Origin: the human T2T-CHM13v2.0 reference genome, Homo sapiens
Length of the DNA: 64,000 nucleotides
Direction: 5' to 3' (one strand)
Assembly: GCF_009914755.1 (NCBI RefSeq)
Contig: NC_060948.1
Shown: piece after piece, positions 14,913 to 28,111 of the stretch
How the letters are laid out: every line of letters starts with the position of its first letter
Numbering within the stretch: position 1 is the stretch's first letter
Notes under the pieces: generated by a model
Database searches by the model: none
What the model was told of the DNA's origin: nothing
What the model saw: the letters and a program-made list of their open reading frames with translations, nothing else
Program-made: the position numbers and the translations under genes

Positions 14913-15790
14913 AAATGTATCTTATTGGTTCTATTTCTTTGGAGAACCTTGACTCATATACATATTAACAAACATCAAGAAGAAGAAAATTCTAAAAATC
15001 ACCCCGCTCCCCTATCATGCAGAAAGCAGCATGTGCTGTTTTTTGGGAGATAGATTTGCAAACTTTTTTTTTAGTTTTTTCTACATAATTTTGCCACATA
15101 AAAATACGAACATTTTTGTGGATGAGATGACTCCTCTTGGGTTTTTAAACATCTGAAGCACTCCCAGAGGTTGGGATTCACAGACTACAGCAGAGTTTCC
15201 CAGCCTCAGCACCGTGGCTGGACACATCGCTCACAGGTTTAGGTGCCTCTGGCCCCTGATCCATCGGGGGAATCCCCAGGAGCTTAGCCATGTCTGGCAG
15301 AGCCCCACCTGCAGGCAGAACCCCACTTTTCTACCCCCTGTGTGCCAATGAGAAAGAGGAAAATGGCTGGAATGAGGGGGGCCCTCACAGGAAGGGTCAA
15401 TTGTTATCCAAGAAAGGGGAGACATTTCTTGGACTCCGTGCTTGTCTGGTAATTGGCTCCAATATTTGCCAGATGTCTTCACACTCAGGTGCCAAACAGC
15501 CATAGACTTTTTCTGCACAGCCCCTTCCTACTCCAACAAGGAAACTATGGAATGCTTAGCTTCTGGGTTATATGTGCCATGGCTCTATGCCCTATGGGAA
15601 AAAGATCCTACAAGTGCATTCTAAAAGATCCATTTAGAAATGCCCAGACAACTATACCGTGCCTCCTATACTGTACAGGACAACTATACCTCCAGACAAC
15701 TATACCTCCAGACAACTATACCTCCTACAGTGTACAGGAGCATGACATTTCCAATCTGTCCCCTTTCGCAGGGTTAGAAGTTACAACTAA

Positions 15791-15992
15791 CAGCAGGTTC
15801 TCCGCTACAGTACTAATGACACTTGGGGCTGCATAACTCTCTGTCATGGGTGCTGTCCTGTGCACTGTAAGGTGTTGAACAACATGTCTTATCTCCACCC
15901 ACCAGATGCGAGAACACCCATCCCAGTGCAACTGCCAAAATTGTTTCCAGACATTGCCAAGTGTTACTTGAGGAACACAATTATCCCTGAGT
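15791..15992. mobile_element. MER20-like DNA transposon (second copy ~16465-16670)
   Basis: gtcctgtgcactg...ctccacccac[c/t]agatgc motif in both copies flanking DYS389. Confidence 0.7.
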
Positions 15993-16056
15993 AGCAGAAG
16001 AATGTCATAGATAGATGATGGACTGCTAGATAAATAGATAGATTGATAGAGGGAGG

Positions 16057-16110
<54 letters not shown>

Positions 16111-16156
16111 TACATAGATAATACAGATGAGAGTTGGATACAGAAGTAGGTATAAT

Positions 16157-16224
<68 letters not shown>

Positions 16225-16253
16225 CACACATAGATAATACAGATGAGAGTTGG
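15887..16253. repeat. Y-STR DYS389I/II: [TAGA]10[CAGA]3 N48 [TAGA]11[CAGA]5 = alleles 13 / 29
   Basis: Recalled primer site TCTTATCTCCACCCACCAGA at 15887; the CATAGATAATACAGATGAGAGTTGG site occurs twice (ending 16137 and 16253), giving 251- and 367-bp products; repeats hand-counted over 16059-16222. Confidence 0.93.
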
Positions 16254-16272
16254 ATACAGAAGTAGGTATAAT

Positions 16273-16274
<2 letters not shown>

Positions 16275-16322
<48 letters not shown>
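16275..16322. repeat. [TAGA]12 block distal to the second DYS389 primer site
   Basis: 12 uninterrupted TAGA units following a second copy of the spacer. Confidence 0.9.
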
Positions 16323-16323
<1 letters not shown>

Positions 16324-17268
16324 GATAGAAGACAGAAAATCATTGACAGATTAGGTAGATGATAGGTGTATATAATAGAGACAGATAGGTCGATGGATAA
16401 TGGTAGATGATAGATAGATCTAGAGATAGGCAGACAGACAGACAGGATCTCTCATGCTAATGCAAGATTCCTCAGCCTCAGTCCTACTGACATATGAGGT
16501 TGGATCACTCTTTTCTGTGGGGCGTCCTGTGCACTGCAGGGTGTTGACCAGCATCCCTGGGCTCCACCCACTAGATGCCAGGAGCATCCCTGCTATCAGT
16601 GTGGCAACTCAAAGCCTCAAGATATCAACAAGTGTCCCTGTGGATAAACATGATCCCTGGTTGAGAATGGCTGGATGGCAGCATCTGTATCTGGGGGTGT
16701 CACCTTGGGCCTGCTTAGAGTGAATGACACATCACCGAATTGGAGAGCACAGAGCTGCCTCCCCACTGTGGCAGTGATCCATGAGACTCCACCCAAAGGT
16801 AACCACATGGTTGCACACAGAGTCATCATCTCTTAAAAGAAGCACATAGCTCCGCTTGGGCATCACCTGGGGTGCTTCTTAAAATGCAGGTCTCCCAGCT
16901 CCCAAATGCCTGACCCACACCTGCTGAATAAAGACCTCAGTGGGTGGGGACTGGGTGGCGCTTTTAATACCTCCTCCCTTCAAGGTGATGACCTGCACAT
17001 CAAAGACAGAGAATCACTGCACGAAATGGCTACATGCTCGAGGTGACAATGGCAGGGAAATGACCCATTTGTGGTTCCCTTTCCACACCTACAAATTTGC
17101 TAGATCCTTTGCAGGGAAGGAGGGGGCAGGGAGAGAGGGGACACCAGAATAGAAACAAGTCAAGAAAAATATAACTGAGACGTAGGATGAGGCTGGCGTG
17201 GTTTGGGGTTCTGTACGCTGCCATGGTATGGCTTCTCACCTTAGGCGATCATCATAACGTTTTTTTCC

Positions 17269-17576
17269 TTTTTTTTTTTTTTTTTTTTTTTTTTGAGATG
17301 GAGTCTTACTCTGCCACCCAGGCTGGAGTGCAGTGGTATGATCTCAGCTGATTGCAACCTCCGCCTCCTGGGTTCAAGCGATTCTCCTGTCTCAGCCTCC
17401 TGAATAGCTGGGATTACAGACACCCCCCACCATGCCTGGCTAATTTTTGTATTTTTAGTAGAAACAGCGTTCTGCCATGTTGGCCAGGCTGGTCTCAAAC
17501 TCCTGACCTCAAGTGATCCGCCCAACTCGGCCTCCCAAACTGCTGGGATTACAAACATGAGCCACTGTGCCCGGCC
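17269..17576 (-). mobile_element. Alu (Sx-like)
   Basis: Full-length antisense Alu with long poly-T. Confidence 0.9.
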
Positions 17577-17811
17577 CACAACTTCCCCATATCCCAATTT
17601 TTAGAAGTAAACTAAACAGCCTGTGACAACCTAATGCAGCAAGTAATGAAAAATACTTGGCACAATCCTCACTTACCTTTACTCAACAGGAAGTACTCAG
17701 AAATATGATGTGCTACTGTTCAGAGGTCTGAGTGATCTTTTTCATAAGTCTTTTCTAGTCTTTACATAGAAACACAGCTCTATACAAATGCATACACATT
17801 TTAAGTCATGT

Positions 17812-18580
17812 TGATAAGGACAGGAGGCAGGAAGATACTAGTTAGAAGAGGGCAGTTCCCCAGCAAAGGCCCCGCCCTCAAGCCTGGAACCTATAGTCCT
17901 AAATGGAAACAGGCATTCCTATTTTTGTGCCCAAATGTTGCCTTTTGACCCACCATGCCTCCCTGTCCTGTACCCATATAAACCCCAAACCCCAGACCCC
18001 ATGTGAAAACAGACAGATGAGCAGAAAAGGCGAGGAACCAAAGAGCAGCACAGCAGAGAAGGAGAGAAGAGAAGGAACAGCTGAACACTGAGAGGTGTTC
18101 AGCTGGGGTGGTTGAAGAAGAGATTAGCTGCAGAACAACTACACTCCAGGGGAAGATCATCTTCCCACTCCATCCCCTTTCCAGCTCCCCAACCATCCCA
18201 CTGAGAGTCACCTCTACCTGGCAACAAAGTCTTCTGCATTTACCATCCTTCAGCTTGTTCATGTGATCTGATTCTTCCTGGATGCCGGACGAGAACCCAG
18301 GTACCAAGACGGCACTGAGCTGGCTAACACTTAAGCCACGTGCGGATGGCAGAGCTAAAAGAGCACCGTAACACACCCACTGGGGCTTCGGGGGTCACAG
18401 GCACCCACCCCTAGATGTTACCGTGGGGCCCAGAGCTCAAAAACACTCATGCTAGCTGCTGCACCTGCCCATCTGCAAGTTCTGCGTCCCATAAGAGGTT
18501 TCAGTATGTGGCGGTCAAAGAGATGAAGCACACCCCTGTCGCACATTCTGTGAGGGGGGTCAGGGAACTCTCAGGTTTTA
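17812..18580 (+). mobile_element. LTR1/MER52-group ERV1 solo LTR
   Basis: Starts tgataaggacaggaggcaggaagatact...ggccccgccctcaagcctgg; ends gggtcagggaactctc. Confidence 0.7.
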
Positions 18581-19613
18581 AATCTGATAAGGGAATAATG
18601 TACAATAGACTTGGAAGAGACTGTCTTAGCTGGTGTATATCCTGGACATTATCCTTTTCTTTTAATTTATTTTTAATTGATACATAACAGATGTACATAG
18701 CTTCAGGATATATGTAAAAATTTACTACATTTATATAATTTGTAAAGATCAAATCAGCCTACTTGGGATATCCATCCACCTTAAATATTTGTCTTTCCTT
18801 CATATTAGAACCATTCTGACTCTTCTATTTTGAAATCTACAATAGATTATTGTAAACTAAAGTCACCCTACTGATTATGTAAACACTAGTGCTTATTTCT
18901 TCTATCGAACTCTGTCATTTTCTTTTTTTTCCCTCAATAAATGACATTTCATACACTGCCCTTTGGGGTTTCCACTTCTGGTTCTCAGCTTCTTCTCAGC
19001 TGTTAGAAGACCTGATTTTGTCTCGTGCTCCTTCATGCCCCTCTGGATTGGATGGCGAATACTAATTAAATACAGTGGAAATGTAGGGCTGCTAAAATGT
19101 CAACCTCTATTAGGAATATGGCCGTCTTGCTATTATCTTCTTTTGTATTGATAATTTAGTAATCATCATAATGATTTACAGCATATTAACGATTAACAAT
19201 ATTCTGTCTTCTTTATTTTATTTTAAGTTCCGGGATACGTGTGCAGGACGTGCAGGTTTGTTACATAGGTAAACATGTGCCATGGTGGTTTGCTGCACCT
19301 ATCAACCCGTCACAGAGGCATTAAGCCCCACATGCATTAGCTATTGATCCTGAACAATAATCTGTTTTCTTAAGTACTTCGTAGCAATCATCGCACCAGC
19401 CTTGCAGAATGTTTTTGGGATCTTGGGAATGTGCTCCATTTCCAGCTGGTGATGGCTGGGGATGAAACAGGGTCGTCTGTGCATTTAACTAATTTTTACC
19501 CAGGACATACCCAGCTGCTGCATGTACATCATCTTATTTACACAGAAGGGCCCTGATCCAGACCTCACTTTCTTTCCAGGCCCTCCTGTAACCTCCCTAA
19601 GGGGCGCTACTTG

Positions 19614-20153
19614 TGTCAGAGGCACTGGAACCAGAGCGACTCCATCTTGAATAGGGGCTGGGCAATAGAAGGCTGAAACCTACTGGGCTGCATTCCCAGA
19701 TGATTAAGGCATTCTGAGTCACAGGATGAGACTGAAGGTCTGCACAAGATACAGGTCATAAAGACCTAGCTGATACAACAGGATGTAGTAAAGAAACCGG
19801 CCAGAACCCACCAAAACCCAGATGGTGATGAGAGTGGCCTCTGGTTGTCCTCAGTGTTACCCTCCCACCAGCACCATGACAATTACAAATGCCACGGCAA
19901 TGTCAGGAATTCTGCATGGTCTAAAAAGGGGAGGCATGAATAATCGAAGCCTTGCTTAGCATATCACTAAGAAATAACCATAAAAATGGGCAAGCAGTAG
20001 CTCTAAGAGCTGCTCTGCGGAGTAGCCATTCTTTTATTCCTTTACTTTCCAAATAAACTTGTTTTCAGTTTACAGACTAGCCCTGAATTCTTTATGGAGC
20101 GAGATCCAAGAACCCTGTCTTGGCGTCTGGATCTGGACCCCTTTCCTGTAACA
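19614..20153 (+). mobile_element. MER41A-like full solo LTR
   Basis: TGTCAGAGGC...CCTGTAACA termini, 4-bp TSD CTTG on both sides, internal AATAAA. Confidence 0.88.
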
Positions 20154-20306
20154 CTTGGAGGAGGGATGATTCTGATTTTCAGAAGACAAGGCTTGGGATA
20201 GAGCAGGATGCTCACTGGAGTCTTCCCAGACAGAGCTACAGGACAGCTCAGATTCCGCTGCCGGCTGCCCCCGTCCAAATCCTCAGTGCCTCAGTTTACC
20301 CATATC

Positions 20307-20743
20307 TGTGATGGTTAATACTGAATGTCAACTCGATTGGATTGAAGGATACAAAGTATTGATCCTGGGTGTGTCTGTGAGGGTGTTGCCAAAGGAGATT
20401 AACATTTGAGTCAGTGGACTGGAAGGGGCAGACCCACCCTCAATCTGGGTGGGCACCACCTAATCAGCTGCCACTGTGGCTAGAATATAAGCAGGCAGAA
20501 AAATGTGAAAAGAGACACTGGCCTAGTCTTCTGGCCTATATCTTTCTCCCATGGTGGATGCTGGAACATCAGACTCCAAGTTCTTCAGTTTTGGAACCTG
20601 GACTGGCTCTCCTTGCTCCTCAGCCTGCAGACGGCCTGTTGTGGGACCTTGTGATCATGTGAGTTAATACTTAATAAACTCCTCTCTATATATATATTTC
20701 TATTGCATTAGTTCTGTCCCTCTAGAGAACCCTGACTAATACA
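20307..20743. mobile_element. MLT2A (HERV-L) solo LTR inserted into a MIR
   Basis: tgtgatggttaatactga...gagaaccctgactaataca; splits the MIR motif cctcagtttacc/catctgtaaaatg. Confidence 0.85.
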
Positions 20744-20860
20744 CCATCTGTAAAATGACATCAGGCACGACACTCCCGTCATAGGGTTGAGGGACAATCA
20801 ACTAAGTTAATCCATGCCTAGTGCATAGGAAGTGCTGCTGTCATTCAAAGAATTTAGCGC

Positions 20861-21175
<315 letters not shown>

Positions 21176-21179
21176 ACAT

Positions 21180-21803
<624 letters not shown>

Positions 21804-22919
21804 TCCGCACTTTGTAGAAGTTGATTTGCCCAAGGGCATATGGTTAACCTTTGGCTCTTACTGTGAATGATACAAACTCCTGGAAGTACTTTTCTGGGGA
21901 GGTGGGTTTGCTGTTGAACATCTCCCTGTAAACAGAAGCTAATGAATGCACGGCCGCATTGTCCACTTACTAGGTGAGATCTGAAGACAGCACAGAATAA
22001 TAAAAAATTCTCACTGCAGATCCTAGACTATGTCCACCAGGATCTATCCATCCCGACACCGCCTCCGCCCATAAACAACCAACTCCAATCTTAATGACGT
22101 CCATGTCTTTAAATAGGATAAACAGGAAATGCTGCCACAGGGACATCTGAATGATGTGTTTTAACTCCTAACAGAAATACTTCTCTCTCTTAAGATGCGC
22201 CCAGGCGTTCCCTTCTCTGAAATCGCCACATTAAAATGACCAAAGAAACTTACTCAACCTTTGTTCAAATCCTATACTTTATGAGTTCGTTGGAGTTTCT
22301 TAAAGAGGTCCTCGCACGGAACTAAAAAATCTAATCTTGGAGTCTGGGACAGCCAGTCTGCAAGTTTATATTGAAGTTTTTGATGTGAACAATTCAGGTG
22401 GTTTTAATTTGCAAGAATGAATGACAGTGTTTAGGAAAAGGTTTAAAAATCTGAACAAATGCAACCCTTCCGGCAAACGAATCTCTGGTAATCTGCCCCA
22501 CGGGATGAAGTAGTTTCAACTCTACTTTTACTGTATGGAAATGGTCAGAACTAATTTTTAAAATCAGAAAGAAATGACTGACATTCCCCACACACCCAGT
22601 CATGCTTGAATCATGGAGTTAAATAGGTCATTTTTTAAACGCTTGGGACACATGGATCAAAACAGGACAATATGGCGAATATCTAGATGGTATCAGCTAA
22701 CATCCTGCCCTTCTGGATCTAATTCCCAGATTCCAAATGGGAGCAGCCCGTCTTCTCCCTCCCCTCTCAGCCACCCATCGCTCTTAGTCTCCTTTCTAAT
22801 CCCATTGGGCAAATTATCCCCATTCACTTCATAGCAACTCCTTTGGAAAGAGTTTCTTAAAGCAAGAATAGAAAAATCCACGCCCAGGCAGATCTCCCTC
22901 AAAGCAAAATGCCTCTTAC

Positions 22920-23200
22920 CTCGGGCGTGCATTAGAAAACACAGGAACGCAAGACAGGGAAGTCCCCACCAGCTCTCCATGGTTTGCTTCAGGATGCAAG
23001 AACCTCAGTGGACTCCCCAGCCAAGGGGATTGTGAGATCCAGCCTCTCCACCCTCCTGTTGTTGACTTCTGGTCTCCCAGCTTGGAAGGAAGGGAGGCGA
23101 TGTCTTCAAGTGGAAAATATGAGCCGAACTGCCAGAAACAAATGGGCTCCAAGCTCAGATCCCAAACTCCACAGCTGAAAACCTGTGGGACCAGTGTAGG
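22920..23200 (-). pseudogene. XGY1: XG paralogue exon 1 (5' UTR plus signal peptide MESWWGLPCLAFLCFLMHARG); coding part 22920-22980
   Basis: ATG at 22980 in strong Kozak context (AAACCATGG); 20 codons + G, then a GTAAGA donor at 22919; peptide matches the recalled XG N-terminus. The 5' boundary (TSS) is approximate. Confidence 0.92.
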
Positions 23201-23784
23201 CACACTCAGTCGTGTGTCGGAGCCAGTCTCCCCGGGCTGCCCCAACCAATCTGCAGCAGCGCAGAGGATGGGGAAACTGGGGTGGTTCCCAAGCACCAAT
23301 GGGCATCTCAGGCTTCTGGAAGCCGGCACACTTGCTGGGCAACTCTGCTCGCTGCGGGTGTGGGAGCTGTAGCAAGTTCAAAGTCACCAACCCAGAAATC
23401 AGAGAAGACACTGGCCGCCTGTAATCTTCCTCCTGCAGGACGTGATTGTACAGTGATACCCAGTGTGGGGTTAATGTACACATCAGTGCAAAGACCTCAG
23501 TTGAAGTCTTGGCTTTTATACCTAACAAACTCAGTGACTTCCAAGAGGCATTTTTTATCCTCAGCCTTCAGTTGTCTTTGTAGGTGGCAGAACTAATATT
23601 TCAGCAGAGACGGTTGTTCAGGAAAAGCAGATGACATGTGGCTTTTTGTGTCTTTCACTTACGCTGCATTGGAGATGATTGAAAGTCCCTGATTTGTAAA
23701 ATTCCAGGCTTTTGCTTTCTGAGTGTGCAGTATCAAATTAGTTGATGCATTCATTCAACAAACATCCAATGCATACCACTCTTT

Positions 23785-25030
23785 TTTTGTAATTTTCTTT
23801 TTTATTATTGTTATACTTTAAGTTCTGGGGTACATGTGCAGAACGTGCAGTTTTGTTACATAGGTATACACATGCCATGGTGGTTTGCTGCACCCATCAA
23901 CCCATCACCTACATTAGATATTTCTCCTAATGCTATCCCACCCACAGCTCCCCACCCCCTCAAAGGCCCTGGTGTGTGATGTTCCCCTCCCTGTGTCCAT
24001 GTGTTCTCATTGTTCAACTCCCACTTAGGAGTGAGAACATGCAGTGTTTGGTTTTCTGTTCCTGTGATAGTTTGCTGAGAATGATGGTTTCCAGCCTCAT
24101 CCATGTCCCTACAAAGGACATGAACTCATCCTTTTTTTATAGCTGCATAGTATTCCATGGTGTATACGTGCCACATTTTCTTTATGCAGTCTATCATTGA
24201 TGGACACTTGGGTTGGTTCCAAGTCTTTGCTATATACCCAGTACCGGGATTGCTGGGTCAACAGGTATTTCTAGTTCTAGGTCCTTGAGGAATCACCACA
24301 CTGTCTTCCACAATGGTTGAACTAATTTAAACTCCCACCAACAGTGTAGAAGTGTTCCTATTTCTCCACATCCTCGCCAGCATGTGTTGTTTCCCGACCT
24401 TTTAACGACCACCATTCTAACTGGCATGAGATGGTATCTCATTGTGGTTTTGATTTACATTTCTCTAATGACCAGTGATCATAAGCATTTTTCCATGTTT
24501 GTGGCTGCATAAATGTCTTCTTTTGAGAAGTATCTGTTCATATCCTTTGCCCCTTTTTTGATGGGGTTCTTTCTTTCTTGTAAATTTGTTTGAGTTCTTT
24601 GTAGATTCTAGATATTAGCCCTTTGTCAGATGAACAGATGGCAAAAATTTTCTCCCATTCGGTAGGTTGCCTGTTCACTCTAATGATAGTTTCTTTTGCT
24701 GTGCAGAAGCTCTTTAGTTTAAATAGATCCCATTTGTCAATTTTGGCTTTTGTTGCCATTGCTTTTGGTGTTTTAGATATGATGTCTTTGCCCATGCCTA
24801 TGTCCTGAATGATATTGCCTAGATTTTTTTTCTAGGATTGTTATGGTTTTAGGTCTTATGTTTAAGTCTTTAATCCATCTCGAGTTGATTTTTGTATAAG
24901 GTGCACGGAAGCAGTTCAGTTTCAGTTTTCTGCATGTGGCTAGCCAGTTTTCCCAACACCATTTATTAAATTGGGAATCTTTTCCCCATTGCTTGTTTGT
25001 GTCAGGTTTGTCAAAGATCACATGGTTGTA
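23785..25030 (-). mobile_element. L1PA 3' fragment with internal deletions, just upstream of the XG exon 1
   Basis: Antisense L1 3'UTR/ORF2 C-terminus; ORF 24538..24795 = [21 protein letters not shown]. Confidence 0.92.
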
Positions 25031-25183
25031 TATTTTTCCCCCCAAACTTTGTATATTGAAGCGCTACCCTTCAGTACTTTAGAATGTGACTTTCTTTGGA
25101 AATAAGATCATTTGCATATGGACGCAAAAGGAAAGGCATGAAATCGATTCTACCTCACAGCCTCAGAAGAAATTAGCCCTGCT

Positions 25184-27525
25184 GGCTGGGTACGGTGGCT
25201 AACATCTGTAATCCCAGCACTTTGCGAGTCCGAGGCAGGCAGATCACTTCAGATCAGGAGTTCAAGAGCAGCCTGGTCAACATGGTGAAACCCCATTTCT
25301 ACCAAAAATACAAAAATTAGCATAGTGTGGTGGTGCATCCCTGTAATCCCAGCTACTTGGGAGCCTGAGGAAGGAGAATTGCTTGAACCCAGAAGGCAGA
25401 GGTTTCAGTGAGCTGAGATTGCACCGCTGCACTCCAGACTTGGCAACGGAAACAAAGTGAGACTCCGTCTCAAAGAAAAGAACAGAGAGAGAGAGAGAGA
25501 GGGATATCAGCCCTGTCTGCCCCTTGATTTCAGACCTCCGTGCTCCAGAACTGTGACAGCTTAACTGTCTGTTTTGTAAGCCCCCTCCCCACTCAAGCAT
25601 GTTTTCGTGACAGACCCAGGAAGCTAATATAGGAAACAACTGCTAATGAGATTTCTATTTCGGGCAGTGAAAATATCTTGGAACTAGTTAGAAGTGGTGG
25701 CCACACAACACTGTGAAAGCAGCAAGTACCCTGAATTGTTCACTTTAAAATGGTGAATTCTCCTGTCATCCTGGCACTTTGGGAGGCTGAGGCAGGTGGA
25801 TCACCTGAGGTCAGGAGTTCGAGACCAGCCTGGCCAACACTGTGAAACCCGTCTTCACTAAAAATACAAACATTAGCCGAGTGTGGTGGCACATGCCTGT
25901 AATCCCAACTGCTTGGCAGGCTGAGGCATGAGAATCGCTTCAATCCGGGAAGCAGAGGTTAAAATGAAATGACAGCACGCCACTGCACTCCAGCCTGGGT
26001 GACAAAGAAAGACTCTATCTCAAAAAAAAAATCTTAATTCTAAGACTTGTGAATTTCACCTTAATAAAAAAAAAGTTTCCCAAAAAGTAGTGAGGAATTA
26101 GATTAAATGGTTAAATTCGGGAAAGCCTCTCAGATGAAATGAAGATGCAAAATAATTGCTACGATTTCCACCATGCCTAACATGTGCCAGTGTTGTAAGT
26201 ATTTTACATGCTTCTTGAGGCAAGAGTAGATAAGCTTTCTGTAGAAGGTCAGGTAGTAAAGGCATTTCTCTTTGCAAACTGTATGGATTCTGCTGCAATA
26301 TGTAACCAATATCTGTACAACTGGACTTTATTTATGGACATAAAAATTTGAGTGTCACATAATTTTCATGTATCATAAAATATTGTTGTTCTTTCATGTT
26401 TTAAAAATTATTCAGACATATAAAAACCATTTTTGGCTGGGTGCCGTACCTCATGTCTGTAATTCCAGCACCTTGAGAGGCAGAGACAGGCGGATCACTT
26501 GAGGCCAGGAGTTCGAGACCAACCTGGCCAACATGGTGAAACTCTGTCTCTACTGAAAATACAAAATGTAGCCGGGCGTAGTGGTGCATGCCTGTAGTCC
26601 CAGCTGCTCAGGTGGCTGAGGCAGGAGAATCGCTTGAACCCAGGGGCGGAGGTTGCAGTGAGCCGAGATCATGCCACTGGACTCCAGCCTGGGCGACGGA
26701 GTAAGACGCCATCTCAAAACAACAATAACGACAATAATACAAAAAAATTCTTACCTCGAAAGCTGTACAAAAACACACCGTGGGCAGATTTGGCTGCCGG
26801 GTTCTAGTTTGCCGACATCAAAGCTGTGTGTTGCGGGAGTCCTGAGAAACCCAGTTTTATCACCTCTGCTTCACTAAAGTATGGTCAGGGCAGGCCGTGT
26901 GCCCAGCGGTAATACACGCAGGCTCCAGATCAGAGCACGTTAGGGGAAAAGCACTCTACTTTACCGCTCGAAGCCTCAGCTGATCAAATGCTGGGAGCTC
27001 ACAGACACGGCAGAATTTACAAAGCCGACTTTAATTTTCACATCCTCGATAACCTTAAAAAGCGTGAATGCATCTCCTTTTCAATGTTCGTGGGATGCTC
27101 CTGAAAATTCACAACTGCACTACAAAGAAAGCTTTAGCAAACTGTTTTTTTAAAGTAGAAACAAGACAGAAGACATTCTGTTGCTGTAAAATTGGAAATA
27201 AGAATATTCTAGGCCACGCATGATGGCTCACACCGGCGATCCCAGCACTTTAGGAGGCCGAGGCGGATGGATCACCTGAGGTCAGGAGTTTGAGACCAGC
27301 CTGGCCAACATGGTGAAACCACATTTCTACTACAAATACAAAAATTAGCTGGGTGTGGTGGCATGTGCCTGTAATCCCAGCTACTTGGGAGGCTGAGGCA
27401 GGAGAATCACTTGAACCGGAAAGGTGGAGATTGTAGTGAGCTTAGATCAGGCCACTGCACTCCAGCCTGGGGGACAGAGTAAGACTCTGTCTCAAAAACA
27501 AAATAAAAAGTAATAAAAAATAAAA
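25184..27525 (+). mobile_element. Four sense Alus (25184-25480, 25760-26030, 26435-26745, 27212-27525) within older MLT1/MER58-like remnants
   Basis: Canonical Alu motifs and A-rich tails. Confidence 0.85.
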
Positions 27526-27726
27526 GAATCAAGATATTCTTATTCTGTGTCACAGTAACTTCCTGACTTTGTGATTCACCCTGGCACACATACAGACATG
27601 GATACAACAGGTTTTTAGATATAAAATCATGAAAAAAATCGATCTGTTTCTTTCTCAGGAGCATTTGTGAGGAATGGGCATTAGGTACAAAGGTGCGTGC
27701 ATGTTTCATTGTTTATGGACAATGCC

Positions 27727-28059
27727 TGTGATGGTTCATACTGACTGTCAACCTGATTGGACTGAGGGATACAAAGTATTGATTCTAGGTGTGTCTCTGA
27801 GAATCTTGCCAAAGGAGATTACCATTTGAGTCAGTGGGCTGGGAAAGGCAGACCCACCTTTAATCTGGGTGGGCACCATTTCATCAGCTGCATCATGGCT
27901 GGAATATCAGTGAGGAGAAAAATGTGAAAAGAGACACTAACCTAGCCTCCCAACAGACATCTCTCTCCTGTGCTGGATGCTTCCTGCCCTGGAACATCAG
28001 ACTCCAAGTTCTTCAATTTTGGGACTGGGATTGAGTCTCTTTGCTCCTCAGCCTGCAGA

Positions 28060-28111
<52 letters not shown>

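Noticed and set aside
19614-20153. Interferon-inducible STAT1 enhancer in MER41
   Set aside because: I did not see the tandem TTCNNNGAA GAS sites typical of MER41B; this copy looks MER41A-like.
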